Origin: Deltaproteobacteria bacterium
GTDB taxonomy: Bacteria > Desulfobacterota > Dissulfuribacteria > Dissulfuribacterales > UBA3076
Assembly: GCA_003194495.1 (NCBI GenBank)
Contig: PQXE01000001.1
Location: forward strand, 79,248-141,776
Reading direction: 5' to 3'
DNA: 62,529 nt
The notes below the pieces were generated by a model. The model did no database searches. It was not told the DNA's origin and saw only the letters and a program-made list of their open reading frames with translations. Position 1 is the first letter of the stretch; every line of letters starts with the position of its first letter. Positions 59,825 to 62,529 of the stretch are shown here, piece by piece. The position numbers and the translations under genes are program-made.

Positions 59825-60478
59825 ATGTATTTTCACGGCAAAATAGACTCAATGAAAAAACCAACTCGCATTATCCTCTTGAGACATGGAGAAGTAGAAA
59901 ATCCGGGAAGTGTTTTCTACAGCCAACAAGACGTATCTCTTTCAGACTCCGGCAGGAAACAAAGCCTTGCCTTGGCAGATAGACTGAAAGACGTCCCTTT
60001 CAGCATGGTCTTTAGCAGCGATCTCAGCCGCTGTCTCTTTCTGGCAGAAGCAATTGCCGAGAAAAGGGGACTCGTAGTGGATGTCAGGTCAGAGTTAAAG
60101 GAAGTGGATTTTGGCCGCTGGTCCGGTCTTAGCTGGGATGTTGTGGAAGCAAGATATCCCGGTGCCCTGTCAGAACGTATGGAAACATTGGAGTCTTTCA
60201 GGCCACCGCAGGGAGAGAATCTGGCAGAAGTCGCCTTACGAGTATGGTGCATCATAGATGAGGTTCTCAAGAAGTGCAAGGAAGAAGCGGTAGCAATCGT
60301 AAGTCATGGTGGTGTGAACAGGGTCTTGATTGCAAGGGCGACAGGTCTCCCCCTCAACAATATATTTTCCCTTGAGCAGGATTTCGCTTGTGTCAACGTC
60401 CTGGATTTTTACCCGGATGGTCCGATGGTCCTGCGTTTACTGAACTGGTCAGCAGATAAGGAGATCACAGGGGTTTAG
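59825..60478 (+). CDS. cobC: histidine phosphatase family protein (alpha-ribazole phosphatase-like)
   Basis: RIILLRHGE catalytic motif and SHGGV. It follows cobS. An alternative start lies at 59855. Confidence 0.75.
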   Translation: MYFHGKIDSMKKPTRIILLRHGEVENPGSVFYSQQDVSLSDSGRKQSLALADRLKDVPFSMVFSSDLSRCLFLAEAIAEKRGLVVDVRSELKEVDFGRWSGLSWDVVEARYPGALSERMETLESFRPPQGENLAEVALRVWCIIDEVLKKCKEEAVAIVSHGGVNRVLIARATGLPLNNIFSLEQDFACVNVLDFYPDGPMVLRLLNWSADKEITGV

Positions 60479-60488
60479 GAACTACCAA

Positions 60489-61547
60489 CTACGGACCTCT
60501 AGACACCGACCTTCTCTCAGTCGAGGCCTTATCCAGGTCAATGATATCGCTGTTGCCGGGGTAATCCCTGGTTACATAATGGGTAATATTACTGATCTTT
60601 GTAATCAGATCACCAAGTTTTTCAATCTCCTGGCATATGGACTGCAGTATTGAAAAGTTTGGATCATTTTCACTTACACGATTCTTCAACAGCTCACCCC
60701 ATCCCAGAATAGACTGCATAGGTTGGCTCAACTCATGGGCTGCTGATCCCGCCATTTCAAAGGCGCCCTTAAGCCTTTCTTGCTTGAGAAGTACATCCTG
60801 TGCCTGTTTGATTTTAGTGATATCCAGTGACAGTTCCGCGACCTGTACGATATTCCCTTGGAGATCCTGAAGAGGGATTGCAGTCACCAGAAGTTGGCGA
60901 TCTGTTGTCGAATTATAGTGTTCTACAGACTGGGTTTTGCCGGACGACAATGCTGTTTTGGCCGGACAGTGGGCACAAGGAAGACAATCCTGGGGAATAA
61001 TCTCAGTGCAGAGCTGTCCTTGAGAAAAATCTTCTACTTTATACAGGTCTTGGGCTATTGAATTCATCCAGACCAAGGTACGGTCTGAGTTTAGCAGGAG
61101 CAGAGCAGCTTTCATGCTCTCCGCAACCCTTTCCCATGTACACCTTTCTTGAGTCAGCTTTTGCTCCATGGCCCCCTTTCCCATGGCCCTTTTTATATGC
61201 AGTTCCAACTCTTGGATGTCAACCGGCTTCTCAAGATAGGAATATGCCCCTTGTTGTACTGATTTGACCGCATCTTTCACTGTTGCATATGCGGTCATGA
61301 TGATAATTGGGACGTGTGGATTTCTGAGATGGATTTTTCTTATAAGATCTGAGCCTTTCAGGCCTTCCATGTGCTGTTCAGTGAGCACTATTGAAAAGTT
61401 GCTTTGTTCAAAAACAGACAGGGCCTCTTGGGGATCTATACAGGTTACCACACGGTATCCCATAAGCCTTAAGCGGATCTGCATTACCTGCAAGATGTCA
61501 CGGTCGTCGTCTACTACCAATATTTGTGGAGGAGTAGCATTAACCAT
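60489..61547 (-). CDS. response-regulator receiver - PAS - HisKA(DHp) protein without an ATPase domain
   Basis: REC domain (ILVVDDDRDI...VLTEQHMEG...K), a PAS-like middle with Cys residues, and the H-box AAHELSQPMQSI. The ORF ends about 70 aa later, with no N/G1/G2 boxes. Confidence 0.8.
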   Translation of the reverse strand: MVNATPPQILVVDDDRDILQVMQIRLRLMGYRVVTCIDPQEALSVFEQSNFSIVLTEQHMEGLKGSDLIRKIHLRNPHVPIIIMTAYATVKDAVKSVQQGAYSYLEKPVDIQELELHIKRAMGKGAMEQKLTQERCTWERVAESMKAALLLLNSDRTLVWMNSIAQDLYKVEDFSQGQLCTEIIPQDCLPCAHCPAKTALSSGKTQSVEHYNSTTDRQLLVTAIPLQDLQGNIVQVAELSLDITKIKQAQDVLLKQERLKGAFEMAGSAAHELSQPMQSILGWGELLKNRVSENDPNFSILQSICQEIEKLGDLITKISNITHYVTRDYPGNSDIIDLDKASTERRSVSRGP

Positions 61548-61817
61548 TTTAAAATTGATGGCTGATGCCGGCAGGAATCCGTTTTTGTCTTAAGGATAAG
61601 TCGGCAGCGCCCAAAAGGTATATCTAAATGCAAGATTAATACCGTTTGAGTCAATGGATAAATGCTGGTTGTGTTTAAACCACTTTCAGCTTTCGGCTTT
61701 CAGCTCCTATGCAACGCAGCAGATGGGCTGTTTTCAACGGAATCAGAAATGATATCTGCTCTGTGAACTATACTTTGAGCAACAGGGGGCGGGGGTGGGT
61801 TGAATAAGACTTTTTCG

Positions 61818-62015
61818 GCATCCTTCATTCACCAGTTTACACTTTTCCCAAAAAAGCGTGTATTATCGAATTGAATGTCGATGTCGAAACTGGAAATTAG
61901 AAATTAGGTAATGCACCTCTATATCTTTGTTTTTTTCCAATTTCCAGTTTCAAAATTCACTGCCAAAATACAAGACCAACAAAGTGTAAACTACTTTTGA
62001 CTTGTCGTGAAGCAT
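61818..62015 (-). mobile_element. MITE-like repeat, family C, copy C2
   Basis: Reverse complement of 14598..14796. Confidence 0.8.
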
Positions 62016-62093
62016 ATCCAAAACTTTACTATAGACTTCGCCATCTTTCGATAGTACCCTATGCTATTAATAATTTGAGCATAGGGGGAGAAA

Positions 62094-62529
62094 ATGCCTG
62101 GATCTAAATTCAGTTCTTTAAAATCTCATAATTTAAAAAAACCAAACATGATACCCCATGGCAATAAATTTGTGAGACGTCATGACCTAACAGCTTCATT
62201 ACGGCTATATATAGCATTCATGGCACTCACGGCTAGAGCGATGGGCACCTGGGGGAAAATAACCGAACTATCACGACAGTTTATGATTTCCCGCACGTTC
62301 GTTTATATGCTGGCGAATACGTTACACGAAACAAGTTTAACCGTTTTCGGGGATAACGTTTCCAAACCTGCCATCGTTGAAGAACTGCCATATCATTACA
62401 TGTTGTCCCTGAGGTTGGAGGGTAGATGCAGTATTGAAGCAGTATCCACGATCATGAAACGTTTCGAGATACCTAATGCCTCTATAGGATCAATTAGTCA
62501 ATATTTACAGCATGTTGGTTCCTTATTGC
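62094..62529 (+). CDS. hypothetical protein, possibly the N-terminal HTH part of a transposase (partial, runs off window)
   Basis: GGGGGAG RBS then ATG at 62094. The frame stays open to the window end (MPGSKFSSLKSHNLKK...ITELSRQFMISRTFVYMLAN...SIGSISQYLQHVGSLL). It is not in the ORF track because no stop codon is reached. The family call is tentative. Confidence 0.4.
   Translation, partial: MPGSKFSSLKSHNLKKPNMIPHGNKFVRRHDLTASLRLYIAFMALTARAMGTWGKITELSRQFMISRTFVYMLANTLHETSLTVFGDNVSKPAIVEELPYHYMLSLRLEGRCSIEAVSTIMKRFEIPNASIGSISQYLQHVGSLL

Overview
This is a 62.5-kb chromosomal window. Gene content suggests a Desulfobacterota/deltaproteobacterial-type genome, but that is inference only.

(1) 1-5.3 kb: a decayed integron. 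A 3'-truncated intI faces an AT-rich array of cassette-like ORFs on the opposite strand, separated by attC-like imperfect palindromes.

(2) 5.4-33.8 kb: mostly housekeeping genes.
- thiDN-thiC, a VKOR-like gene, panC-panD and rimO.
- gyrB-dnaN, with no dnaA alongside.
- midA-like and HAD genes, and serS.
- recR-ybaB-dnaX-ffs, two tRNA-Ser genes and tadA.
- CBS/ACT plus a deacetylase.
- A frameshifted vapBC.
- mobB, an Smr protein, tmk and comEC.
- A CDF transporter fused to a NifX-like domain.

(3) 34.1-49.8 kb: the most unusual part. Two tandem paralogous type IV minor-pilin modules are present: pilW-pilV-pilX-pilY1, and fimT/U-like-pilW-pilV-pilX-pilY1.
- Each module ends in a ~1500-aa PilY1-like protein whose vWA/MIDAS motifs are separated by a 460-730-aa insertion.
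- Each module is preceded by the same ~250-bp duplicated block, which carries a sigma54-type -24/-12 promoter and a triple TGGGTAA/TTACCCA half-site array.

(4) 49.9-62.5 kb:
- A radical-SAM/SPASM (AhbD/NirJ-like)-hemE-hemH-hemY cluster.
- An ACC-like carboxylase set, with a fused AccA-AccD and a double biotinyl-like carrier.
- cobS and cobC.
- A REC-PAS-DHp protein lacking a kinase ATPase domain.
- The 5' part of a possible transposase, running off the window.

At least four families of short interspersed, MITE-like repeats are scattered through the intergenic regions. One copy has an 8-bp target-site duplication.

All functional calls come from reading motifs in the supplied translations. 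No database search was possible.
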